Assembly (NCBI GenBank): GCA_020635395.1
Contig: JACJZV010000002.1
Span: 29,914-93,913, forward strand
Origin: Flavobacteriales bacterium
GTDB taxonomy: Bacteria; Bacteroidota; Bacteroidia; NS11-12g; UBA9320
DNA: 64,000 nucleotides
Direction: 5' to 3'
Part shown: positions 39,611 to 49,800 of the stretch, in pieces
How the letters are laid out: the number at the start of each line of letters is the position of its first letter
Position numbering within the stretch: position 1 is the stretch's first letter
Translations under genes and position numbers: made by a program
The notes under the pieces: model-generated
Database searches by the model: none
Told to the model about the DNA's origin: nothing
The model's input: the letters and a program-made list of their open reading frames with translations, nothing else

Positions 39611-40175
39611 ACAACTTGCTATTCACGCTATTCATGGCCATGCCAATGCCTCTAAATACCATTTCTTCGAGGCCTTTCTGCATTTTGTCAAACAATAACG
39701 GAAGTTGTTCTTTTTCTTCGGCTGTCCATTCGCCCAACACATAATCAATTTGTTTTCCGGCATCAAAGTTGGCACTGATGCCTACCCGGATTCGGGGATA
39801 TTGGTCGGTTCCAAGTGTAAATTGTATGTGTTTCAACCCGTTATGGCCGCCATCGCTGCCTTTGCCACGCATTCTTAAAGTGCCAAAAGGCAAGTTCAAA
39901 TCATCGGTAATGATTAAAATTTGATGCTTTTCGATGTTCAATTTTTTCATCCAAAACTGTAAAGCATTACCGCTCAAATTCATATAAGTGTCGGGTTTTA
40001 AAAAATGCAAGTTTCTGCCCCTAAACTTATAATTGGCATATTGTCCAAAGCGTTCGTTTTGGAATGTCATGCTATATTTTTCGGCTAAAGAATCTAAAAA
40101 CAAAAAGCCAATGTTGTGGCGGGTGTTGGCATATTTGTCGCCAATGTTTCCAAGTCCTACAATCAAATATTTCAT
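39600..40175 (-). CDS. pth: peptidyl-tRNA hydrolase
   Basis: MKYLIVGLGNIGDKYANTRHNIGF canonical N-terminus. 191 aa. Confidence 0.9.
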   Translation of the reverse strand: MKYLIVGLGNIGDKYANTRHNIGFLFLDSLAEKYSMTFQNERFGQYANYKFRGRNLHFLKPDTYMNLSGNALQFWMKKLNIEKHQILIITDDLNLPFGTLRMRGKGSDGGHNGLKHIQFTLGTDQYPRIRVGISANFDAGKQIDYVLGEWTAEEKEQLPLLFDKMQKGLEEMVFRGIGMAMNSVNSKLLDA

Positions 40176-40186
40176 GCGATGTTTAT

Positions 40187-41395
40187 TTAATCGTTAATAA
40201 ATTCTGCGGCTTTTTTTGCCGGATAAAGGGACGCTATTAATCCTAAAAGGAAGATAATTCCGGAAACCACGAGGAGGTCGGCAAAAAGCAATTTTACCGG
40301 AAAAAATTCGACAAAACTTCCATCTAACCGAATAATACCGCGGGTATCTTGCAGATACACAAAGCCAATGCCGATGGCCAGTCCCATGATGATGCCGAGT
40401 GTGGTTATAAGCAAACCTTCTTTTAAAAAAATATTACGAATCAGCATTTTGTTGGCTCCCATGCTTCCAATTATTTTGATGTCTTTCTTTTTCTCTAAAA
40501 CCAACATGGTTAAGGCTCCGATGGTATTGAAAGCAGCTATAAAAACCACCAAACTCAATATGGCAAACGTGGCCCATTTTTCTGTTTTAAATACTTTATA
40601 GGCTGCTTCGTTTTGCTCCATTCTGTTTTTTACTTCAAAGTTTTTGCCTAAAGTTTCTTCTATTTTAAGTTCTGTTTTTCGGGCGGTTTCGGCGGATATT
40701 TTTAACTCTAAAGAGGTAATGTTTTTTTCTAAATCAAATAATTTTCGTGTAAAATTTAATGAGGAAACAACCAAATCATTAGTGCCGCCTTCATTGTTCA
40801 GCAAGATAACCCCTGCCGGAATCGCAAATTCGATATTGAGTGATCCTTCGGGGTTTAGGTTGTTAAATTCTACCCCTTTTTTTGGTACAAAAAATTCGGC
40901 TGCGGTTTGCATGCCAGACAAATTGATGTTTAGGCTATGAGCTATTTCGCTGCCAAAAACAGCAAAAAAATGACTGTCTTTTTCGGTTTCAAAACTTCCA
41001 TAAGTCAAAATGGAATCAACAGAAACAACCTCTGTAAAGGCCGAATCAACACCCTTAATGGTGGCAATTTCTTGTGCATCGGCATAGCGAACCACCACAT
41101 TGTCTTCAATAATTTTTGAAACGGAAATGATGCCCTCAACTGGAGTCAAAAGGTTGACAACACTATCTGGATTGAAGGATTTTGCATATTTTGAAGTAAT
41201 TTTCAGGTCAGGGTCAAACTGGTCGTTCATGTTTTTGACCAAACCTTCCAATCCATTGAGCAAAGACAAGATAATAATCATTACCGCCGTGCCGATGGTA
41301 AAAATCAAAACGGAAATACCTGAAATCAGGTTGATTGCATTGGTATTTTTTTTAGAAAAAAGGTATCGCTTTGCTATGAAATTGGAGAGGTTCAT
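40187..41395 (-). CDS. FtsX-like ABC transporter permease (LolC/E family)
   Basis: N-terminal FIAKRYLFSKK...ISGISV LolE-like signature. 4 TM plus large periplasmic loop. Confidence 0.7.
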   Translation of the reverse strand: MNLSNFIAKRYLFSKKNTNAINLISGISVLIFTIGTAVMIIILSLLNGLEGLVKNMNDQFDPDLKITSKYAKSFNPDSVVNLLTPVEGIISVSKIIEDNVVVRYADAQEIATIKGVDSAFTEVVSVDSILTYGSFETEKDSHFFAVFGSEIAHSLNINLSGMQTAAEFFVPKKGVEFNNLNPEGSLNIEFAIPAGVILLNNEGGTNDLVVSSLNFTRKLFDLEKNITSLELKISAETARKTELKIEETLGKNFEVKNRMEQNEAAYKVFKTEKWATFAILSLVVFIAAFNTIGALTMLVLEKKKDIKIIGSMGANKMLIRNIFLKEGLLITTLGIIMGLAIGIGFVYLQDTRGIIRLDGSFVEFFPVKLLFADLLVVSGIIFLLGLIASLYPAKKAAEFIND

Positions 41396-41402
41396 GGCAG
41401 CA

Positions 41403-41756
41403 CTATTCGGCAGAATCGTTTTTGAGGTTTTGCAGCAATTGTTCTAATCGTTCTGCCTTGTCAATTGTTTCGTCAATATAAAATTTAAGTTCGGGTGTTT
41501 TTCGGGCATGGTCTTTTAGCTGTTGAGCCAAATAATGTCTTATAGTTGGGGCGTTTTCTTCCAAAATTTTTAAATCGGCTTTTTTGTCTTTAGAATTCAG
41601 AAAACTTAAATACACTTTAGCCAAACCCAAGTCGGGTGTAACCTCCACATCTAAAACCGTAACCATTACATTTTGCAATAATTGTTTGGAGGCAGCGTCA
41701 ATAATAGCACCCAAATCTTTTTGCAACTGTTTGCCAAGCTTGTCTTTTCTACTCAT
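41403..41756 (-). CDS. rbfA: ribosome-binding factor A
   Basis: 117 aa. ...VTVLDVEVTPDLGLAKVYLS... matches the RbfA KH-like core. Confidence 0.8.
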   Translation of the reverse strand: MSRKDKLGKQLQKDLGAIIDAASKQLLQNVMVTVLDVEVTPDLGLAKVYLSFLNSKDKKADLKILEENAPTIRHYLAQQLKDHARKTPELKFYIDETIDKAERLEQLLQNLKNDSAE

Positions 41757-41880
41757 TTTTCCATTGCAAAGCTACAAAAGTTAGATTTTAAAAACGACTG
41801 AATAATGGTGTTGTCAATCTTTGAAACAAGAATTGATAAATAATGACAGTTTTAGTTGCTTGTAAATTCAGGTTTTAATC

Positions 41881-41888
41881 TACATTTG
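41881..41888 (+). promoter_or_regulatory. -7 box TACATTTG, with TTG about 22 nt upstream, for CTD-protein gene A
   Basis: TAnnTTTG match about 59 nt upstream of the ATG at 41947. Embedded in an imperfect inverted repeat CTACATTTGAT...ATCAAAATGTAG. Confidence 0.35.
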
Positions 41889-41946
41889 ATAAATTTCTTG
41901 ACCTAAGCATCAAAATGTAGTTGTGGTGTGTCTTGTGTTTGATAAT

Positions 41947-44900
41947 ATGAATTCTAAAGTGTCATTTCTTTTTAAAAAAATTGGGATATGGATTTTGGTA
42001 GCGATACCATTTTTAGTATGCACACGTGCGGATGCCGACCACATCATTGGGTCTGATTTTACATACAAATGCTCATCAACCAACGATAGTATTTTTGAAG
42101 TTACCTACAATTTCTACCGAGATTGTAACGGTTGCTATGTGTTGGGGCAATCTCCCAAATGTGGCACGTCAGAAAACTGTGCTTCGAGCCAAACAGCCCC
42201 CACCTCACTATCGGTAAAATGTATTTCGGGAGGTTCGTTTTCGGGAACGCTTAACTTGAGCCGAACGGCCATAGTGGATATCACAAAAACGTGCAAAGCA
42301 GTAAAGAGCAGGTGTGCTCAACCATGCAACGGGTCTTTTCCGTATGGTATTGAAAAACATGTTTTTGAAGGAACTTTAGATTTAAGACAGGCCATGAAAG
42401 GTGGTTGCTGCAACTTCGAAATATCGGCATTGCTTTACGTGCGAAGTGCATTGATAACCACCGGGCAGCAACAACAAACATTTTATACAAGTTGCGAGAT
42501 AAATACGTGTAAAGCAAAATGCAACACATCGCCATTACTTACCAATGACCCCGTAGCTATTTTGTGCTGCAATCAACCTTATGTTTTCAATAATGGTGCG
42601 GTTGATAATGCTGACTACGATTCCATTAGCTACAGTTTTGCTCCCGCCTTTAGAGGTCAAAATCAGCAATGTTCTTATGGAGGTAATTTTACCTACGATA
42701 ACCCAATTACAGTATATTATCCTTCAGGCTTAAAATTTCCTTACTCAAACCCTAACTCAAACCCACCAATTGGCATTCGGTTAGATCCATTAACGGGTGA
42801 CTTAATTTTTACCCCAACAAATTGCGGTGAAATAGCCGTGGTGGTTATAGCCATGACAGAATGGAGGAAAGACACAGCCGGTGTATATCAAAAAATTGGT
42901 GTCACGCGGCGTGACATGCAATTTATTGTAATGAGTTGCCCGGACAATAATCCACCAACCATTACGAATACCAAATTTTCGTATCATACCTGCGAAGGTG
43001 AGCAGATTTGTTTTAACGTAACTACAGACGATAAGGTGAAAGTGCCTCCGCCACCTGCCACGCCGCCCGATCCGGATACTGTGCAGTTGACTTGGAATAG
43101 AGGTATTCCGGGTGCTACGTTTACCATAGCAGACCCAAATGCGAGGCTAAAAACGGGTCAATTTTGTTGGACACCACCCATTGGAACCGCCAGCACATTG
43201 CCCTATTCCTTTACCGCAACGGTTAGCGATGACGCATGCCCACTGGCCGCCAGTGCCACCAGAGCTTTTCAGGTTTACGTAGATCCGATTGCCGAAGCCG
43301 AGCGAGATATTGATACGTTTGATTGTGGAAAATATTCTGTTTCGAGCACTCCCTTTGCAAATTTTTTAACTCCTGCCAAGTATGAATGGCAGCTTTTAGA
43401 TTCTACAGGTGTTGTTCTGTTTGATAAAGGGAGAGGTTATTTTAAAAGCTCGAACAACTTTTTGAGTAGCAAACAAAATGATACCATTCAATTTAGAAAA
43501 GGAGGAAAATACATAATAAAACATACCATTCGCAACAAACCCGATTGTCCGAATTTTTATTACGATACGCTTGTAGTCCCACCACTTTTAGAAGTAGATT
43601 TGGCTTTTGGGTCGGACACTTTTGTGTGTGCAGGCACCACTTTACGTATCGAACCAAAGGTTTCAAATGCAAATCCTCCGGTAACTTTTCTTTGGCGTGA
43701 TGGAGCCACCACAAGCTATAAAAATATTAAGTTAGGTAATAATGTAACCGATACAAGTTTTTATGTTGAAATAAAGGATAATTCCGGTTGTACGGCATGG
43801 GACACAACCATAGTTTATTTGCGACCTAACCCAACGGTTTCTTTAGGCGTTGATCGCAGAATTTGCACCTACGACACGATACATCTTGTTCCGCAATTGG
43901 GTTTGGCCTACTGGGATGACCCAAGAGATACATCACAAACTACCATTCAGCAGGGAGACACACTCTACAAAACTTGGTTTTTGGATGGGTTAAAAATTAG
44001 TACAGATAGCCAATTCGTTGCCAACATTGCCGGTAAATATGTCATTCAAATAACGGACAGCCTCGGTTGTATGGGGCAAGACACGATGATACTGCACGTA
44101 AACGACACAGTGAAAGCCGATGCAGGTCAAGATCAGGTATTGTGTTGGAACGATGTCGTCGTAATAGCGGCGGGAGGCTTAGACACGGCGGGCAATGCCA
44201 AAAGTGGTTGGTATGTGTGGAATGATATTACGAATCCGGCCAATGTAAAAGAATTTAGCCGGGACGACACCTTAAAATACAACATCAAAACAACGACCGA
44301 TTACCAGTTGCAGTTGTATGTAATAGAAGATACCACGAGGTGTTATGACGATGATACGGTAAAAATAACGGTCAACCCGCTGCCAACGGTAAAAATGCCA
44401 AACGATATGGCCGTGTGCCGCGATGCGGGGGTAATTACGTTAAACATCTTAGAGGATGCCGCCACTAAAGGTGGAGCATGGTCTGTACCTGCAAAACCCG
44501 GATTGGTTATTAAATCAGGTACTCAATATCAATTTGATACTTGGAATGCCGGAGCCATAAAAGACACCACCAAACGATACAAGGTGTATTATCGCTACAT
44601 TCACCCATCAACCGGGTGTGTACGCACGGACTCATTTGAGATAAAAGTATTCCCCTTGCCTGAGGTAAGCATTCGTGACGGATATTTCTGTCAAGACAAA
44701 GGTTTTGTAAACTTTAGAGACGATGGCACGATAAAATTGCCGTCAAAACTGAAGTTGGATTTGGGTACACAGCAATGGAATTGTTTGGAGTGCGGAGCGT
44801 ATGATTGGTCAAAAATGTTGTACAATGCAGAAACCCGCTTTGGTTTTCCGGCCAATTATGAGATAGACATCAGCGAGAACACCATAGACTTGGGAAGCCG

Positions 44901-46692
44901 TCCGTCGGATTCCATCAAAATAGAATTTGTGTTTAGAAGCATCGATGGATGTTATGGTAGAGACACCGGCAAGATAAAAATAGTAAAAGTACCGAAGATA
45001 GACTTTAGTCCATTCCCTGATTTGTGCTGGGATTTGGGCAAGGTTGACTTAAAAGAACTGAGCAAGGTAGTACCCAATGATGGCACATGGTATGCTATCA
45101 ATGCAACAGGCTTTAAAGATTCGGCGAGCTTCAATCAGGGGTTAAACGGTGGCTTCTTTCAAGGCGATACACTGAACACCTTGCAAACGGCAAAACCGGC
45201 CAAAGATGGCAACTTTAAATATAAGCTACGGTACTTCCACAACCTATCGGGTTGTCCCACATTTAGAGATACCAACATAACGATACAAGGATTGCCTGTA
45301 CCGAAAATAAACACCACACCACTTACAGGCTATGTAAACAATGCACCTTTTGTACAATGCGAGTTGGACGACGACATTGCCTTAACGTCGAACTATCCGG
45401 GTAGTGGTGGCAAATGGAGCAGCAAACAATCGGGAGCAGTATCGGGCAGCACCTTTACGGTGGGAAGTGTAACAACACACAACAAACCGTTTTACATCAA
45501 CTTTGACTATACGAACAGCTTTGGCTGCAAGGGCAAAGACTCGGTGTTGGTAGAGGTGCATGGCAAACAAGAAATCAACCTAAATCCGGACATCGAACTG
45601 TGCAGAACAGGAGATGCCATGACGGTTGATATTGCAGCAAGCACCGTAAACGCATCTGATTTTACGTGGTTTTACTATCAACCTAATGGCAAATTTGCGG
45701 ACGATAAAAATACCACCACCACCTTTACGTTTAGCACCTCGGCAGACTCTACGGAAAAGTTATTGATTATAGCCAACACGGTTGTTCAAAACGGCACAAG
45801 TGCAAATGTTTGTCCCACTGTGGAGGAATATCTAAATATCACCATCCACCCAAAACCGAAGGCGGAAATAGTGGCAGATACATTAAACGGCTGTAATCCG
45901 GTGGATGTAAACTTTGGGGTGAATATGCTGAACAAAGTAGATGCAACGACAAGCAGCTATGCATGGACTTATGCCGATGGCGGCTTGGACAACATCCAGT
46001 CACCCAGCCGTCAGTTTACGGATGATGGAGACAATCAAGTAAGTTTAACCATTACCTCGGAGCATAACTGCGATACTACGTTGACGGTGAACGTGGAAGT
46101 TTACCCCATACCGGTGGCCTTGTTTGTGCCCGACCCGAACAACAGCACCACGGCAGCATTGCCCAAGTTCCAGTTCAACAACCAATCGTCGGTAGCCAAT
46201 GTGTTGAACAGTACAATTACCGAAAACATTTGGGATTTTGGAGACTTATCAAGCATTGATGACACTTCCACCCAAAAAAGTCCCTTGTTTTTCTACCCAG
46301 CCGATACAGGTTCGTATGACGTAACCCTAAAGGTTCGCACCCAATATGGCTGTGAAGATCAGATTACGCTTCCGGTAATTATTGGGCCTGATATTTTGGT
46401 ATTCATACCCAATGCCTTCTCGCCCGATGGTGGTGGGCCAGGTGTCAATGAGTTTTTTAAACCGGTTGTAAATGATGCGATTGATAAATATCATCTGGTT
46501 ATATTTAATAGATGGGGTGAGGCAATATGGGAGACTACCGACAAAACAGAAGGTTGGGACGGTAAATATGGAAGAAAAAAATACTCAAACAGAGAGCCAG
46601 TGAAGGCCGATGTTTACGGATATTATTTGGAGGTAACCAGTTGGAATGGTAACAATTATAAATATACTGGTACAGTGACGTTGTTAAGGTAA
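41947..46692 (+). CDS. giant Cys-rich secreted protein with T9SS type-B (gliding-motility-associated) C-terminal sorting domain, paralog A
   Basis: Signal peptide from the MNSK start. Repeated Cys-containing Ig-like modules. C-terminus IPNAFSPDGGGPGVNEFF...IFNRWGEAIW...TGTVTLLR. Confidence 0.65.
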   Translation: MNSKVSFLFKKIGIWILVAIPFLVCTRADADHIIGSDFTYKCSSTNDSIFEVTYNFYRDCNGCYVLGQSPKCGTSENCASSQTAPTSLSVKCISGGSFSGTLNLSRTAIVDITKTCKAVKSRCAQPCNGSFPYGIEKHVFEGTLDLRQAMKGGCCNFEISALLYVRSALITTGQQQQTFYTSCEINTCKAKCNTSPLLTNDPVAILCCNQPYVFNNGAVDNADYDSISYSFAPAFRGQNQQCSYGGNFTYDNPITVYYPSGLKFPYSNPNSNPPIGIRLDPLTGDLIFTPTNCGEIAVVVIAMTEWRKDTAGVYQKIGVTRRDMQFIVMSCPDNNPPTITNTKFSYHTCEGEQICFNVTTDDKVKVPPPPATPPDPDTVQLTWNRGIPGATFTIADPNARLKTGQFCWTPPIGTASTLPYSFTATVSDDACPLAASATRAFQVYVDPIAEAERDIDTFDCGKYSVSSTPFANFLTPAKYEWQLLDSTGVVLFDKGRGYFKSSNNFLSSKQNDTIQFRKGGKYIIKHTIRNKPDCPNFYYDTLVVPPLLEVDLAFGSDTFVCAGTTLRIEPKVSNANPPVTFLWRDGATTSYKNIKLGNNVTDTSFYVEIKDNSGCTAWDTTIVYLRPNPTVSLGVDRRICTYDTIHLVPQLGLAYWDDPRDTSQTTIQQGDTLYKTWFLDGLKISTDSQFVANIAGKYVIQITDSLGCMGQDTMILHVNDTVKADAGQDQVLCWNDVVVIAAGGLDTAGNAKSGWYVWNDITNPANVKEFSRDDTLKYNIKTTTDYQLQLYVIEDTTRCYDDDTVKITVNPLPTVKMPNDMAVCRDAGVITLNILEDAATKGGAWSVPAKPGLVIKSGTQYQFDTWNAGAIKDTTKRYKVYYRYIHPSTGCVRTDSFEIKVFPLPEVSIRDGYFCQDKGFVNFRDDGTIKLPSKLKLDLGTQQWNCLECGAYDWSKMLYNAETRFGFPANYEIDISENTIDLGSRPSDSIKIEFVFRSIDGCYGRDTGKIKIVKVPKIDFSPFPDLCWDLGKVDLKELSKVVPNDGTWYAINATGFKDSASFNQGLNGGFFQGDTLNTLQTAKPAKDGNFKYKLRYFHNLSGCPTFRDTNITIQGLPVPKINTTPLTGYVNNAPFVQCELDDDIALTSNYPGSGGKWSSKQSGAVSGSTFTVGSVTTHNKPFYINFDYTNSFGCKGKDSVLVEVHGKQEINLNPDIELCRTGDAMTVDIAASTVNASDFTWFYYQPNGKFADDKNTTTTFTFSTSADSTEKLLIIANTVVQNGTSANVCPTVEEYLNITIHPKPKAEIVADTLNGCNPVDVNFGVNMLNKVDATTSSYAWTYADGGLDNIQSPSRQFTDDGDNQVSLTITSEHNCDTTLTVNVEVYPIPVALFVPDPNNSTTAALPKFQFNNQSSVANVLNSTITENIWDFGDLSSIDDTSTQKSPLFFYPADTGSYDVTLKVRTQYGCEDQITLPVIIGPDILVFIPNAFSPDGGGPGVNEFFKPVVNDAIDKYHLVIFNRWGEAIWETTDKTEGWDGKYGRKKYSNREPVKADVYGYYLEVTSWNGNNYKYTGTVTLLR

Positions 46693-46711
46693 CAATATCT
46701 ATCGTTTCTTA

Positions 46712-46750
46712 AAGCCCGATGAAAAATCATCGGGCTTTTTTGTTTTTTTT
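46712..46750 (+). terminator. rho-independent terminator after paralog A
   Basis: AGCCCGATGA-aaaa-TCATCGGGCT followed by T11. Confidence 0.7.
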
Positions 46751-46809
46751 ATTTTGTCGTGCAGCGAATTGAGGTGCTAAAGAGTTTGTATAGAACAAAT
46801 GACAACAGT

Positions 46810-49800
46810 ATGAAACAATTTTACCAATTCGCAAAAAACAATTTAAAAAGACTTGGCCTTTGGCTTATCGCTGTCATGATGATAAGTATGGTTTCAAATG
46901 CATCTCACATGATGGGTGCTGATATTACCTACAAATGCATTGACACACTAAAGTTTGAAATTTTTGTAAAATACTATCGTCAATGTGCGGGAATATCTCT
47001 TTCTAACCCAAGCAGTGAAACAAAGGTAATATGCACCACAACTGGTTCTGCTCAAGGTGTTTCATTGTCATTGGTCGGTATTCGGGATGTTACCCCTGTT
47101 TGTGCCAAGGCTGGTAATCCGTGTAAACCAACAAACACAAAGGCGAGCGATGGAATAGAGGAACACTTTTACAAGGCTACCATTGATTTCAATCAAGCCC
47201 CTTACAGTAATTTAATAAAAAACGGTTGTTGCATTATCCGATTTGAAACTGGCCAGTCGGCGAGAAATGGTGATATCACAACTGGAGCAGCAGGATACTA
47301 TTTTTACACCTATGCAACTGTAAATTTGTGCAAAGCCCCATGCAACAGTTCCCCCGCCCTTACTACGGAGCCAGTTGCTTATTTATGTTGCAATCAGCCA
47401 TTTTTCTACAACAACGGAGCATCAGATACAGCCAACTTTGATTCCATTTCATACTCATTTGGTCATCCTTTAAAGGGGTACAATCAAATAATTTCTTACA
47501 GCGGAAATTATTCCAACACTAAACCTTTTGACGTGTATTTGCCTGGAGGGTTACCTTCAACATATTGTAATTGTAATGCAAATCCTCCAATTGGACTTTG
47601 TCTTGACCCTCTGACGGGTGACATTTGCTGTACTCCTACCAATTGTAACGATCGAACTGTGGTTGTGTTGGAGATGACGGAATGGAAGAAAAATCCATCA
47701 ACAGGAAAGATGGAAGTAATTGGGGTCACTCGGCGTGACATGCAATTTATTATTAAACAATGCCCTGATAATAACCCTCCCGTCATAAAGGGAGATTTTA
47801 AAAGAGAGATCTGTGAGGGTGAACAAATTTGTTATACCATTACCACAGAAGATGCAGTAAAGAAGCCACCACCACCAGCCACACCGCCCGATCCGGATAC
47901 GGTAACGATAAGTTGGAACCGAGGTATTCCAGGGGCGAGTTTTACGGTAATCAACCCAACGGCTATCAACCAATCGGGTAGATTTTGTTGGACTCCACCT
48001 ATTGGCTCGGCCAGTACCATACCTTATACTTATACGGTTACGGCTCGTGACAATGCTTGCCCGTTGAATGCCGTAACGGTAAGGGCGTTTCAAATCATTG
48101 TTCATCCCATAGCCGAAGCCGACCGAATAATAACGAAATTGGATTGTGGAAGGTACGCCATTGAAAGCGAACCTTTCCCGAACTTTAGAAATCCTGCCAA
48201 ATATACCTGGCAGCTAAAGGATACGAATGGTGTGGTGTTGTTTGACCGAAAATATGGATACTTTGAGAGCAGCAAAAACTTTTTGAGCAGTAAACAAAAG
48301 GATACGATTTTGTTCAGAAAAGGTGGAACGTATATTTTGCAACATACCATAAACAATCTGCCCGACTGTCCGAATGATTATTATGATACGATAGTTGTTC
48401 CGCCATTGTTGGAGGTTGATATAGCATTAGGACCTGACACTTTTGTGTGTGCAGGCACCACCTTGAGGCTTCAACCTCAAACCGCCAACGGATATCCACC
48501 GATTACATATAAATGGGGAACGGGCGACACGACCGATTACATTGATGTAGAAGTTCCGAATTGGACGAGCGACACCTCTTTTTACGTACAAATAAAAGAT
48601 GGCAACAACTGTACAGCATGGGATAGCACCATTGTTTATTTACGCGAAAACCCATTGGTATTTATCGGGCCTGATAGACGAATATGTACGTACGATACCA
48701 TCCACTTGGTGCCAAATGATAGTTTGGCCTATTGGGATGACCCGAGGGATACCTCAGAGATACGCATCCGACAAGGCGACACACTTTATAAAGAATGGTA
48801 TCTGGATGGAGTGAAGATAAGCACCGACAGTATGCTGGTGGCCAATGTAAAAGGAGAGTATGTTATTCGGGTGGTAGATAGTTTGGGCTGTTTTTGGCAA
48901 GACACCATGATACTGCATGTAAACGACACAGTAAAAGCCGATGCAGGTCAAAATCAGGTATTGTGCTGGAATGATGTCGTCGTAATAGCGGCGGGAGGCT
49001 TAGACACGGCGGGCAATGCCAAGAGTGGTTGGTATGTGTGGAATGACATTACAAATCCGGCCAATGTAAAAGAGTTTAGCAGAGACGACACCTTAAAATA
49101 CAACATCAAAACTACCACTGACTACCAGTTGCAGTTGTATGTAATAGAAGATACCACGAGGTGTTATGATGATGATACGGTAAAAATAACGGTCAACCCA
49201 CTGCCGACAGTAAAAATGCCAAACGATATGGCCGTGTGCCGCGATGCAGGGGTAATAAACATGATTGGCGACCCAACGGGAGGAGCGTGGTCAGTTCCTT
49301 CAAAACCAAGTTTAATGAAAGTTTCCAACGGTGTTTATACGTTTGACCCATGGAACGGAGGAGCCATAAAAGATACCACCAAGCGATATGAGGTGTATTA
49401 TCGTTATGTACATCCTTCCACCGGATGTGTACGCACCGACTCGTTTGAGATAAAAGTATTCCCATTGCCGGAAGTAAGCATTCGTGACGGATATTTCTGT
49501 CAAGACAAAGGTTTTGTAAACTTTAGAGACGATGGCACGATAAAATTACCATCAAAACTGAAGTTGGATTTGGGTACACAACAATGGAATTGTTTGGAGT
49601 GCGGAGCGTATGATTGGTCAAAAATGTTGTACAATGCAGAAACCCGCTTTGGTTTCCCGGCCAATTATGAGATAGACATTAGCGAGAACACCATAGACTT
49701 GGGAAGCCGTCCGTCGGATTCCATCAAAATAGAATTTGTGTTTAGAAGCATTGATGGATGCTATGGCAGAGACACCGGCAAGATAAAAATAGTAAAAGTA

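Noticed and set aside
44435-45838. Diversity-generating retroelement explanation for the variable patches in the CTD paralogs
   Set aside because: No reverse transcriptase, template repeat or adenine-specific mutation pattern is visible. Differences include indels and non-A changes, consistent with ordinary recombination or divergence.
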